From: an uncultured delta proteobacterium
GTDB taxonomy: Bacteria; Desulfobacterota; Binatia; Binatales; Binataceae
Assembly (NCBI GenBank): GCA_963724765.1
Contig: CAVRVY010000002.1
Span: forward strand, 384,001-448,000
Reading direction: 5' to 3'
DNA: 64,000 bases
Made by a program: the position numbers and the translations under genes. Shown here piece after piece: positions 33,216 through 43,291 of the stretch (positions are counted from its first letter, which is position 1; the number at the start of each line of letters is the position of its first letter). The notes beneath the pieces were generated by a model. The model was given only the letters and a program-made list of their open reading frames with translations, had not been told where the DNA came from and did no database searches.

Positions 33216-33790
33216 GAGTAACGACCTGAGTGACGACCTGAGGATGATCGCGTTTGCGCCGGTTACAGTCGCGGACGAGCGGCGCGCGTAGGGCACGCCA
33301 CTCCCGCAGCGATAAGCGGGAGCTCCATCTCTTTGATGTTTTCGCGCCAACTTGCGCGGATATCCGCAGCGATTAACGGTACTTCCCTGCTCCACAGGCG
33401 TCATGGTTGCGGTTCTCCACCTAAGCGGCGACTGGTCCGAGACTGCAATGCTACTGCTCTTTCCGTCCACCTTGCTAGTGGACGCATCCTATCGCGCACA
33501 AGGTTCGTGGCTTCCTTGGCCCGGGATTTCCGTTTGAGTTCGAAAAAGATGACTCACCGCCGGGTGTTGGATCGATATGGGCGCGGGCGCATGCTATTCA
33601 ATTGCGCCGACACGCGGACCATTCATGGGCCTGCACAAAGGTTCGCAACCGTTAAGCGGGAAACGGCGCAAGAAAACGACGGGGGAAGTAGCGGATGACG
33701 TGGTGAGGATGTTGAGGGGTGCGATGACAGCGGCGAGAATGCGGCGGGAATGCGGGATTGACGCGCGGGTGACCACAGCGGTGACCATCA

Positions 33791-35110
33791 ATGGATGACG
33801 CGCAGGCGCGTCGCGAGGCGGCGGCGCCGGCCTCCGGCGGGGACGCGCCGGTTTCCGGCGGCGCGGCAAGTTTTCCGCGACCGCCGCGCGCGTATCTGTG
33901 GCAGTTGCTCGGGCTGCTAATCCCGGCGACGATTTTCGAAGGCTACGACATCACGATTTTCCATCTCTGCACGCCCGACATCGCCGCGACCTTTCACCTT
34001 GGCAACGAGGCGATCGGTTTGATCGCCTCGATCGTGCGCCTGGGCACGGTGATGTCATTCCTGGTGATCTCCTGTTCCGACCGCGTTGGGCGCAAGCCGG
34101 TCATCTCGGTGACAGTGTTGGGCTACGGCCTCTTCACCCTGTTTACGGGACTCTCGCGCGGGTTGGTCAGTTTCACGCTCTTCCAGAGCTGCTCGCAGGT
34201 GTTTCTGGCCAGCGAGTTCGGGATGGCGATCATCATTATCAGTGAGGAGTTTCCCGACGAGTTGCGCGGCCGGGCGATCGCGGGCTTTCACATGGCGGCG
34301 TTCGTTGGCGTCGCGGTGGCGGGCTCATTGTATGGCTACGTGGCCGAGTCGGCGTGGGGATGGCGCGGGATGTATCTGCTGGGGATCGCGCCGCTTCTGC
34401 TGGTGGCGTTTCTGCGGCAGTACGTGCGCGAGACCGCGCGCTTTCTCGCGCATCGCGCCTCGCTGACCGTGCATCACAACTGGCGCGAGAGCGTCCGCAC
34501 GCATATCAAGCTGTTTCGCGGACCCTACCGCGGACGCCTGCTGCTGGTTGCGCTGCTGGCCAACAGCGTCGGCTTCGTCGGCGGCCCGACGATTACCTAC
34601 TTCAGCCTCTTCGCCAAGCGTGACCATCACTGGACCTCGGCGCAGGTCGGCTCGGCGGTTATCGTGGCCTACCTGATGGCGACGGTGGGAACGATTCTGT
34701 GCGGATACCTGCTCGACCTGGTCGGGCGTCGGGTGACGACCAGCCTGTTCTACCTTGGCGCCGGAATTTCGATGGTGGTGCTGTTCCAGTCTTCGCGGCA
34801 CCACGCGATCCTGTTGGGGTTCATGGCGACGATGTTCGCCTACCAGGGCGCGCGCACCGCGACCTCGGCCTTGTCGGCGGAACTGTTTCCCACCGAGATT
34901 CGGGCGGCCGGCTACAGCAGCACTATCCAGACCCTGGGGCAGTTGGCCTGGTTCATCAGCCCGGTGCTGGTCGGGACGATGTCGCTGGTCGTAGGCGGAT
35001 TGGGCAACGCGGCGTCGTTGTGCGCGATAGGGCCGCTGCTCGGCGCGCTGTTGATCCTGCTTTACGCGCCGGAAACGCGCGGCAAAACGCTCGAGGAGAT
35101 GGCGCTCTAG
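33791..35110 (+). CDS. MFS transporter (aromatic acid/sugar porter-like)
   Basis: FEGYD, SDRVGRK, EEFPDELRG, ELFPTEIRA, PETRGKTLEE. Confidence 0.92.
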   Translation: MDDAQARREAAAPASGGDAPVSGGAASFPRPPRAYLWQLLGLLIPATIFEGYDITIFHLCTPDIAATFHLGNEAIGLIASIVRLGTVMSFLVISCSDRVGRKPVISVTVLGYGLFTLFTGLSRGLVSFTLFQSCSQVFLASEFGMAIIIISEEFPDELRGRAIAGFHMAAFVGVAVAGSLYGYVAESAWGWRGMYLLGIAPLLLVAFLRQYVRETARFLAHRASLTVHHNWRESVRTHIKLFRGPYRGRLLLVALLANSVGFVGGPTITYFSLFAKRDHHWTSAQVGSAVIVAYLMATVGTILCGYLLDLVGRRVTTSLFYLGAGISMVVLFQSSRHHAILLGFMATMFAYQGARTATSALSAELFPTEIRAAGYSSTIQTLGQLAWFISPVLVGTMSLVVGGLGNAASLCAIGPLLGALLILLYAPETRGKTLEEMAL

Positions 35111-35240
35111 TTTGGACCCACACTCGTGCCTGGGGTAGGGTGGAGTTGCCGAGAGACAATTTCTGGTCAGACTAACGGGGTTTCGCTAAGATTTCGTTCG
35201 AGTCTCCATCTTTTGGCGTTAGAGCGGAGTCAAAATAGAA

Positions 35241-35765
35241 ATGTCAGACCATACCGTTGACCAAAAGTTTATTCCGCTGGACCGCGACATATTTTTTCGC
35301 TCGTTGATTCGTGAACTTGCAGGGGCCTTGGAAGGAATCGTCGGCCTCAAAGAAGCGAGCGGTCTCGTGAGCATCGTCGGACAACGTATCGGTGACGAGA
35401 TCAACCACAATTATCGATCCGCCCTGGGCACCGACAGACTCGATCGCTCTCAAGTGGCGAACATTCTGGTCGATCTGAAGCGCCGTATCGGTGACGATTT
35501 TTTTATCATGGAGGAAAACGAGGATCGAATTGTTCTCGGCAATCGCCGTTGTCCGTTTGGAGAAAAGGTTCTCGGCCGCCCTTCGATGTGCATGATGACT
35601 TCCAATGTCTTCGGGTCGATCACGGCTGACAATCTGGGATTCGCCAAGGTCGAGTTACGCGAAACTATTGCGGCCGGCAAGGGCGGCTGCGATGTTGTGG
35701 TTGTACATCTCAAGTCGGTACCCGAAACCGACGCGATTGAGGGCCGGGAGTACGTCAGGGCTTGA
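35241..35765 (+). CDS. Methanogen output domain 1 (MetOD1, V4R-like) protein
   Basis: [55 protein letters not shown]. Confidence 0.8.
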   Translation: MSDHTVDQKFIPLDRDIFFRSLIRELAGALEGIVGLKEASGLVSIVGQRIGDEINHNYRSALGTDRLDRSQVANILVDLKRRIGDDFFIMEENEDRIVLGNRRCPFGEKVLGRPSMCMMTSNVFGSITADNLGFAKVELRETIAAGKGGCDVVVVHLKSVPETDAIEGREYVRA

Positions 35766-35774
35766 ACTTCGGCC

Positions 35775-36913
35775 GTGCAGTTTGAGACTGACATTCCTCC
35801 AGCGGAAAAGGACCGAGTGCTTTACTTCGACGCGGTACGCGGGCTATCCGATCCCATCTTTCTGCTAACCTCGGATCGCGTGCTGGTCGAAGCCAACCCG
35901 GCGGGCTTGAGGCTCGTTGGATTGACGACGGTCAGCGGCGTGCCCCTGTCTTCCCTGGTTGAGAATTCCGACGCGGACTTGCGATTCCGCACCTGGGCTC
36001 AGAGCCGGTCGCCGGTTCCGGGCAGACTAATCTGGAAAACGGTTAATGGTCCCGAATCTCTGCGGCTGGAAGCCTGGTGCGCTAAGCCCGCGAGCGATCA
36101 TCGGCCCGCACTGGTGATCGTCCAGTGCAAGCCATTCGATAATATTGACTATCGGCTACTGCTGCTCAATGAGCGCCTGGAATTGCTGAGCAAAGAGATG
36201 CTGGCGCGAAAGCGGGCAGAGGCTCAGTTGATCGAAGCCTTGAAAGCGCGCGACGAATTTATCGCAGTCGCCGCTCATGAACTCAGAAATCCGCTCAACG
36301 TGTTTCACTTAAGCTTGCAACTCCTGCACTACCGTGCCGGTGAAATCGAGGGCGTTCGCGACATCCTCAACCGATCGCGCTTCCAGCTCAATCACTTGAA
36401 CATGCTGATCGAGCGTTTGCTCGACGTATCGCGGATCCGATCGGGCAGGTTTGAGTTGCAGCTTGATAGATTCATATCAAGGATTTGGTGGACGAAGTGG
36501 TCTCCCGATTTCTCGAGCAATATCCCGACGTGCCGATTTCCGTTGAGACCAGTCCCGATGCCGCCATCGGAAACTGGGATCGCGTCAGGATCGATCAGGC
36601 GGTCACTAACCTCCTGTCGAATGCGATAAAATATGGCGAGAGGAAGCCCGTCAAGGTCACCGTCGCGATGGTTCGCGACGACGCGACCGTCAGCATAACT
36701 GACCAGGGGATTGGCCTGGCGCCGGGCGACATCGAGCGAATTTTCAAACAGTTTGAGCGTGCGACCCCGCGGGTAAGTAGCGAAGGATTTGGACTCGGAC
36801 TTTGGATTACGCAGCAGATTGCCGAAGCTCACGGTGGCTCCGTTTCTGCTGAGGGCGAACTGGACAAGGGCTCGACTTTCACCCTGCGCCTGCCACTCCA
36901 TCGGCTCCGATGA
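35775..36913 (+). CDS. PAS/sensor histidine kinase, with a frameshift at about 36475
   Basis: H-box AAHELRNPL in frame 1; N, G1, F, G2 boxes (NLLSNAIKY, DQGIG, IFKQF, GLGL) in the second ORF 36485-36913. Confidence 0.85.
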
Positions 36914-36938
36914 TCACAGCAGGGAGCGACGAAGAACA

Positions 36939-37301
36939 ATGCTCGATAACGACACGGTACTGGTGGTCGAGGACGAAGACGAGGCGCGCAGGTTTCTGGT
37001 CGAGATCCTCAATTTCGAGGGCTTCAAGGCGGTTGGATTTTCCAATGGCGCCGAGGCGCTGAATTACCTGTACACCGCGGCGGCCCCCTGCCTCATCGTG
37101 CTCGATATTCTGATGCCGGTGATGGACGGCAGACAGTTCCGCGCCGCAATGCTGCAACAGCCGCACCTCGCAAAAATCCCGGTCGTCGTCGTCACCGCGC
37201 TCGACGCGTCCACCGCGGAACGCGACCTTAATGCGGTGCGGATACTGCGCAAACCCCTCGACATCAACGCGTTCCTCGCCGTCGTGCGAGCCCATTGTTG
37301 A
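36939..37301 (+). CDS. Single-domain response regulator
   Basis: VLVVEDE, LDILMPVMDG, VVVTA, KP. Confidence 0.92.
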   Translation: MLDNDTVLVVEDEDEARRFLVEILNFEGFKAVGFSNGAEALNYLYTAAAPCLIVLDILMPVMDGRQFRAAMLQQPHLAKIPVVVVTALDASTAERDLNAVRILRKPLDINAFLAVVRAHC

Positions 37302-37392
37302 TCCGACGGGTATGTGGTTTTCAGACGTTTTTCCTATTTTGCCATTATGGTAACATGGATTGCGTGGGCGGCGTCCAGAGGAGACTGGGTTC

Positions 37393-38005
37393 GTGAAATC
37401 GTCAATGGTTTTCAACAAAGCGCGCTACTCGTGCGGACATCGTCACCGCCCATAGCACCGGCGAAATCGGACATTTCGTACACTTCTACGAAGACGATCG
37501 CTTCGCGCTCGAGAATATCGGTCGCCTTGCGAACAAGCGCCTGGCGGCGGGAGATTTGGGAATCTTCGTAGCAACCAGGCCGCACCTCGATATTATTGAA
37601 CGAGAGCTTCTGGGAGCCGGTCTCGACCTGAACGCACTGCGTACGCAAGGTCGCTACGTAACGCATGACGCTGACGCGACCCTAGCGCGCTTCATGCAAG
37701 ACGGATGGCCGAATCAGGAGAGATTTCTCGATGTGGTCGGCGGGATTATCAGGGATGTAATTGATCGAACCCCCCACCGCTCAGTCTTGATCTTCGGTGA
37801 GATGGTTGCGCAGCTCTGTGCGGAGAACAATTCGCCGGCGGCGATTAGTCTCGAGCGCCTGTGGAACATTCTAGCGAGACAAATTGAATTCGCGCTGTGG
37901 TGCGCATATCCGCTCAGCAGTTTTCAGAACGATGCGGCGGCGAGCGCGTGGGTTCAGATCTGCGCGGAGCACTCGCTGGTAGTGCCTGCCGAAAGTCCCC
38001 TATAG
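37393..38005 (+). CDS. MEDS domain protein (probable frameshift near the 5' end)
   Basis: The frame of ORF 37556 extends upstream as GHFVHFYEDD; FGEMVAQL, AAISLERLWN and CAYP motifs present; the GAGGAG RBS with GTG 37393 is in a different frame. Confidence 0.75.
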
Positions 38006-38213
38006 GACCGCACATTCCCGCGCCATTGGCTCCGGTCCGGCGCCTATCCTGATATACGATCCACGCCTAAGCGATCTACGCTCTTCAAAAGCGCGCTCGA
38101 GGAGATAGTGCTCTAGCAGATTGCGCAGTTGACCCTCGCCTCGCGCGGGGTGTAAACCGCAGTTGGCCGCGCACGCATTCAAACAACGCTCAATCGAAAG
38201 GCGGTTTTATACA

Positions 38214-39254
38214 ATGAAAGCTGCGGTTCTTCACGACTACGATGAGGCTCTGAAGCGATCCGACTTCGTTCGTTACGAGGAAGTGCCGGAGCCGAAAATC
38301 GAAAAGCCCACCGACGTGATCGTGCGCATCGGCGGCGCCGGCGTGTGCCGCACCGACCTTCATGTGATCGAGGGGCTGTGGCGCAGCATGATTCCGGTCA
38401 ACCTGCCTTACATCATGGGGCACGAGAACGCGGGCTGGATCGAGGAGGCCGGTAGCGCGGTCGAAGTCGTCAAGCGCGGCGACCCGGTTATCTGCCATCC
38501 GCTGGCTAGCAGCGGCGAAACGCTGGCCGCGCGCCGCGGCAACGACATGCACGGCGGCGGAACGTTTCCGGGGCTGGACTCCAATGGCGGCTATGCGGAA
38601 TTGCTCAAGACCAGCGTGCGCGCGCTGATCAAGCTGCCGCAGACGCTCGCACCCAAGGACGTAGCACCCCACGCCGACGCCGGTATCACCGCGTACCACG
38701 CGGCCAAAAAAGCCTCGCGCCACCTGCTGCCCGGCGAATGGGCGGTGGTGATCGGCGCGGGCGGCCTGGGCCATATTGGCATCCAGACCCTGCGTGCGTT
38801 GTGCGCGGCGTCGATCATCGCGGTCGACCGCTCAGACCTCGCGCTAGGGCTCGCGCGCGAATGCGGCGCCGATCACACCGTCAAGGCCGACGGCAACGAG
38901 GTCGAAGCGGTGCAGCGGCTCACCGGCGGCACTGGCGCGCAGGCGGTAATCGACTTCGTGGGCGAGGGCAACGCGGTCGCCAACGGACTCAAAATGACCG
39001 CCAATGCCGGCTACTACTACGTCGTGGGTTATGGCGGCAAAATCGAAATACCCACGATGGAGATGGTCGCCACCGAAAAAACCATCGTGGGCAACCTGGT
39101 CGGCACCTATCCCGACCTCGTCGAACTGATGGCGCTCGCCGATCGCGGGAAGGTGAAGCTCGCGACCCAGGAATACCGGCTGAGCGAGGCGAATAACGCC
39201 CTGCACGATCTTGTGGCGGGCAAGGTCAAGGGCCGCGCGGTGCTGATTCCGTAA
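38214..39254 (+). CDS. Zn-dependent NAD(P) alcohol dehydrogenase
   Basis: GVCRTDLH, GHENAG, GAGGLGH, GRAVLIP. Confidence 0.92.
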   Translation: MKAAVLHDYDEALKRSDFVRYEEVPEPKIEKPTDVIVRIGGAGVCRTDLHVIEGLWRSMIPVNLPYIMGHENAGWIEEAGSAVEVVKRGDPVICHPLASSGETLAARRGNDMHGGGTFPGLDSNGGYAELLKTSVRALIKLPQTLAPKDVAPHADAGITAYHAAKKASRHLLPGEWAVVIGAGGLGHIGIQTLRALCAASIIAVDRSDLALGLARECGADHTVKADGNEVEAVQRLTGGTGAQAVIDFVGEGNAVANGLKMTANAGYYYVVGYGGKIEIPTMEMVATEKTIVGNLVGTYPDLVELMALADRGKVKLATQEYRLSEANNALHDLVAGKVKGRAVLIP

Positions 39255-39321
39255 CGGGCCGAGATGATTCCCTTCCCCCAAAAACCGAGGAGGGAGGTGA
39301 GAGTCAGGAGCGCTCGATTTA

Positions 39322-39891
39322 TCAGTAGCTGCGCTCGACCTGGAAGCGCCCCTGCTCGATATAACCGCCGCCCTGCATGCAGAAGTACGTGCCGGTCAAT
39401 TTGTTCTGCTTGTCCTGCGAGGGCCTGCCGTTGAACAGACAGCTCGATCCGTCGGGCATCATCACGCGCATGCCCACGTTGCCCTCGCGCACTTTGCCGT
39501 CGGCGATTGTGCCGCTGCTGTTGGAATCGCGGCAGACCATCGTGCCGGTCGCGCAGGTGTAGTGGCCGGTCAGCGCGGAGCCCTGTTGAAACATCTGGAG
39601 CGTGATCTTGACGATCGCGTTGCAGCGCCCAGGGTCGGGCTGCAACGGCATGCAACCGCTGATCGACGTTCCTGCCCATAGCCCGGTGTAACCCTGCTGC
39701 TCGTGGGCGGCGGTGGCGTCGGCGGCCGGCGCGGCTTGCGCCGCGGGCTCGGCGCGGGAGGGAGCGTATTGAGGCGGCTCGCCGGCGGCGCATCCGCAAA
39801 GCATCGCGAGCGCGGCCAGCGCCGGCCACCACAGAATTCCGCCCGAACCTTTGCCCCGGGGGCGGGCGGAAGTTTTATCCGTGGGGGGCAA
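39322..39891 (-). CDS. Cys-containing putative lipoprotein
   Basis: Hydrophobic signal ending LCGC; six further Cys in the mature domain. Confidence 0.65.
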   Translation of the reverse strand: MPPTDKTSARPRGKGSGGILWWPALAALAMLCGCAAGEPPQYAPSRAEPAAQAAPAADATAAHEQQGYTGLWAGTSISGCMPLQPDPGRCNAIVKITLQMFQQGSALTGHYTCATGTMVCRDSNSSGTIADGKVREGNVGMRVMMPDGSSCLFNGRPSQDKQNKLTGTYFCMQGGGYIEQGRFQVERSY

Positions 39892-40006
39892 GCGATGGAT
39901 TGCGCGCCGACGGCTGCGGCCTCGTGCGCGCGTTGAATCCTAGCTATCGCGCGCGCCGCCGAATCGCAACCGGCGATTCGCCGGTCGCGTTCGCAGCGAG
40001 GCGGCC

Positions 40007-40618
40007 TCAGCTCCAGATACCGAGCAGTTCCAGCGTGCGAGCGGTGCCGCGCAACAACGGCATCAGGACCAGATGCGCGAGGCGCCCGAACGGCAGCCAG
40101 ATCATCAGGAACTCGACGCTCAGCAGATGGGCCGTCAGCAGGGCGGCGTAAGGGCGCGTGAGCGCGGTGCCGCCCAGGTGCGGGAAGGCGAGCATCCCGG
40201 TCGCCAGTGGCGTCAGCACCACCAGCCAACTGAAGTACTCGTCCGCCCGCGCGCGCCAGGTGGAGCGCGCCTCGTCGGGCGGGCGATGCAGCAGCACCGC
40301 GATCATCGCGACCACCGTGACCGATCCCGCAAACCAGACCAGTCCGATCGGCAGGCCGGGCCAGCTTATGCCCGTGAGGTCGCTGACCAGCAGGATGTGC
40401 GGGGCGAAGCCGAAGAGCACGATCAGCAGGCCCAGGTGCATCACGTAGCTCTCGATCTGCCAATGCCCACGCCCCAGCCAGAACTGCTTGCGCGCCCAGT
40501 AGAGGTCGCGCTCGGGCGGGCTGAAGATGAAGGCGCCCAGCCGCCAGCACAGTCCAAAGACCATGATCGCAAGCGCCCAGTGCAGGGCGGGTCCGCGTGC
40601 GAAGGCGATCCAGTCCAT
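40007..40618 (-). CDS. NarI/HmcE-like di-heme cytochrome b membrane protein
   Basis: MDWIAFARGP start, about five TMs, four His in TMs (VMH, APH, TAH, LAH), WLPFGRLAH motif. Confidence 0.75.
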   Translation of the reverse strand: MDWIAFARGPALHWALAIMVFGLCWRLGAFIFSPPERDLYWARKQFWLGRGHWQIESYVMHLGLLIVLFGFAPHILLVSDLTGISWPGLPIGLVWFAGSVTVVAMIAVLLHRPPDEARSTWRARADEYFSWLVVLTPLATGMLAFPHLGGTALTRPYAALLTAHLLSVEFLMIWLPFGRLAHLVLMPLLRGTARTLELLGIWS

Positions 40619-40631
40619 CGTAATCCGTCGC

Positions 40632-41309
40632 TCAGCCTTTACGCCGCCGCCGCAGTCTAAGCCGCCGCCATCCGCCGAACACCGCCCCCGCGAGCAGACC
40701 CACCAGCGCGGCATCGCCCCAGGTGCGCCCGCGATTCCAGGCTTCCCCGCCGGCGGCGGGCGCGAGCTGGAAGGTGGGACTCATCCGAACCATCACGACG
40801 TGGCAGTCAAAGCAGGCCATCCGGCGCAGGGGATGAGTTATACCACCGTGCCAGAAGGCCTCGTCATGGCATTGGAGACAGGCCCGGTTGTTGCGCTCAA
40901 TCGACTGTCCGCGATCGATTCGGAACTCCGCCATCCCTCCGACGCCTAGGCCGCCGCCCGATTCGGCGTGATCGCTGGCCGGCCCATGGCATCCCTCGCA
41001 ACCCTTGCGCTCGAGGTCGTTTTGCGGCTTGACCAGGAATAGCCGGCCCATCTTGGTGCGGGCGAATTCGAGCGACAACTCCTGGTGGCAGGCGTAGCAG
41101 TACACGGTGCCGACGTAGTGGGGTGGCCGCCGCCTGGCGCCGGAGCTTTCAGTTGTCACGCCGCCCGGGTTGGCTTGCGCCACGGTGCTGTCCGGCGCGG
41201 CCAAGGTCTCGCCGAGCGGCACAAGCGCGAATGCCAACAGCGACAGCGCCAAGGCGCCGATGATAAAGCTTGCCGGTGTCGCGCGGACGGCTATTCGATT
41301 TTTATTCAT
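40632..41309 (-). CDS. Tetraheme cytochrome c (resembles N-half of DmsE/MtrA) with C-terminal membrane anchor
   Basis: Signal peptide; CYACH, CEGCH, CLQCH, CFDCH; C-terminal hydrophobic helix followed by RRLRLRRRRK. Confidence 0.85.
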   Translation of the reverse strand: MNKNRIAVRATPASFIIGALALSLLAFALVPLGETLAAPDSTVAQANPGGVTTESSGARRRPPHYVGTVYCYACHQELSLEFARTKMGRLFLVKPQNDLERKGCEGCHGPASDHAESGGGLGVGGMAEFRIDRGQSIERNNRACLQCHDEAFWHGGITHPLRRMACFDCHVVMVRMSPTFQLAPAAGGEAWNRGRTWGDAALVGLLAGAVFGGWRRLRLRRRRKG

Positions 41310-41565
41310 CGGCCGAGCCGTATCGCGCTCCACGCGCGCGATCGGGTGACAGCCGGTTCTGACCTCTTTGCCGCCGTTCGTCAACGGTTTGCCCAACCCA
41401 TCGATGCAGTCAGGAGCTTCTTGCCCGGTTCCAGCGTTCATTGTCCGGTAGGCATTGATGGGGCCGGTGCTTGGCGACAGCGTCTAGATCAGTTATGCGT
41501 TGGGACCGGTTAAATGGTTTTCTTTGAGGGTCCGAACTGAGCAAAGTCGGCTTGAATAATTTTGA

Positions 41566-41593
41566 GCAAATTTTCGCTTCGGCAAATGTTTGC
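41566..41593. promoter_or_regulatory. Tandem GCAAA-N2-TT(T/C)GC palindromes, candidate enhancer-binding-protein sites
   Basis: gcaaattttcgc (41566-41577) and gcaaatgtttgc (41582-41593), about 230-250 bp upstream of the sigma54 motif. Confidence 0.4.
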
Positions 41594-41818
41594 ATTGTTA
41601 AGCGACCGTGCGGTAGGTTTGCGCCGAGGAATCAGGATATTAGCCGCGGGAGCGCCGCGAATTAATTTTTTGAAGTTTGATTTCGCGCGACGAGGTGCTG
41701 CAAGAAGCCGTGTGCGATCGGCTTGGACAAGCTGCCTTTGTGTCGGGCAAGCGCCCGGCGGCCTAGCATTCTGATCGGCCTTTGGGAGGCTGGAACTGAG
41801 AATTTGGCAAGCTTTAGT

Positions 41819-41834
41819 TGGCATCTGCATTGCT
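41819..41834 (+). promoter_or_regulatory. Sigma54 (-24/-12) promoter
   Basis: TGGCATCTGCATTGCT: GG-N10-GC spacing matches TGGCAC-N5-TTGCW; 87 bp upstream of ATG 41921. Confidence 0.75.
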
Positions 41835-41920
41835 TCGGGCTGAGCGAATTGAACAAGAGATTAAGGTCTTCGTTAAATTCCCGTGACGAGAGACCTCTAT
41901 ACGGGGAAGGGGTTATAGCC

Positions 41921-43291
41921 ATGGCTCGACGTTTAATCGCCGTCGCCGGATTGTTAGGCGTCGCTCTGTTGCTGGGGGCAATGCCCTCGCCGGCGCATGC
42001 GCAGCCTGCTCCCTGGCAGGCCGAGAAGGGGTACGAGAACGGAATTCCGATCGGCACCAAGATCACTCAGGCGAACTGGCAGCAATACCAGCAGTTTATG
42101 CCCGAGAGCATGATCCATCTTTTCAAGGGCGACCTCTTCTGGCACATGCCGGCGAATGTCGAGATCGACGTCGGTCCCACGCGTCACATTTTCCCGCCCA
42201 AGCCGTTCAATGAAGACACCGAGAAGTACGGCAGCCAGACGTCGTTGGTGAAGACCTCGGATGGCGGCTACCTGCCGAAGGGCTACGTTGGCGGATTCCC
42301 GTTCGCCAATCCGTTCACGGGCGATAAATCCGAAGTGGGCGCGAAGATGTACTACAACAACTACTACCGCCCCGCCCCGGTCGTGGAGGAGGCCCCCAAC
42401 TGCTCCTACACCCTGGACAAGTACGCAAACTTCACCCGCACTGCCGACTCGAACATCGTCTTTTCACAGCTCACCCATCTGAGTGAGCCTGGGTATCCGC
42501 GGGAATTGCCGGGCAACAATGGCTACTTCTTCGCTGCATATTTCGAGCAGACCGCTCCCGAGCAGGGTAAGTATTTCGCCTCGCTCGACATGACCTGGAA
42601 CGACCCGGCCGTGCTGGATGAGCTTTACGAATACATCCCGAGCCTCAGGCGCTCACTGCGTGTCTCCCAGGCGGCGCGTTGCGCACCGATCTTCGGTACC
42701 GACATCGTGTACGAAGACGCCCAGGAAGGGGCTCCGCGGATGGGGAACCTGTTCAACAACGTGTACCTCGGTGAAAAGAGAATTCTCAACCTCATGCACG
42801 GAGCTCCCGCCAGCTTCGATACCTGCGGCACGCCTACCTCGCTCGATCCCCGGTATTATTACTTTGGCCTCAAAGGCGTGGTGCCGTTCCCCAATCCAGG
42901 CTCGGGTGAATGGGAAGTCCGCAATGTGTATATGGTGGAGATGACGCGGCTTCCCGCGGTCTCTCGCGGTTACTGTTACGGTAAGCGCCTGCTGTACCTC
43001 GACAAGGAGAACTATTTCCCTGACCAGACCGAGGTTTGGGACCGGGCGGGGAATCTTTACAAATGGATTGTGGTGCTTGCCTACCCGGCGATTCTCCCGG
43101 GTCTTGGCCTGGAGGGCCAGGAAGTGACGATAACCGGACCGAACACCGCGTATGTCGTGAATTTCCAGGATGAGCACGCGACCGTTTTTATCGGTCTGCA
43201 CGTATGCGTGGACCACGAGTGCGACGCCCAGGGGTTCTCGAACGTTGATCGGTATGCGCAGCCTGACGGCCTGATGAAGATTATGCAGTAG
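41921..43291 (+). CDS. DUF1329 domain periplasmic protein
   Basis: Signal peptide; IT.AN, GGFPF.NP, YIPSLRRSLR, YCYGKRLLYLDKE, WDRAGNLYK. Confidence 0.85.
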   Translation: MARRLIAVAGLLGVALLLGAMPSPAHAQPAPWQAEKGYENGIPIGTKITQANWQQYQQFMPESMIHLFKGDLFWHMPANVEIDVGPTRHIFPPKPFNEDTEKYGSQTSLVKTSDGGYLPKGYVGGFPFANPFTGDKSEVGAKMYYNNYYRPAPVVEEAPNCSYTLDKYANFTRTADSNIVFSQLTHLSEPGYPRELPGNNGYFFAAYFEQTAPEQGKYFASLDMTWNDPAVLDELYEYIPSLRRSLRVSQAARCAPIFGTDIVYEDAQEGAPRMGNLFNNVYLGEKRILNLMHGAPASFDTCGTPTSLDPRYYYFGLKGVVPFPNPGSGEWEVRNVYMVEMTRLPAVSRGYCYGKRLLYLDKENYFPDQTEVWDRAGNLYKWIVVLAYPAILPGLGLEGQEVTITGPNTAYVVNFQDEHATVFIGLHVCVDHECDAQGFSNVDRYAQPDGLMKIMQ

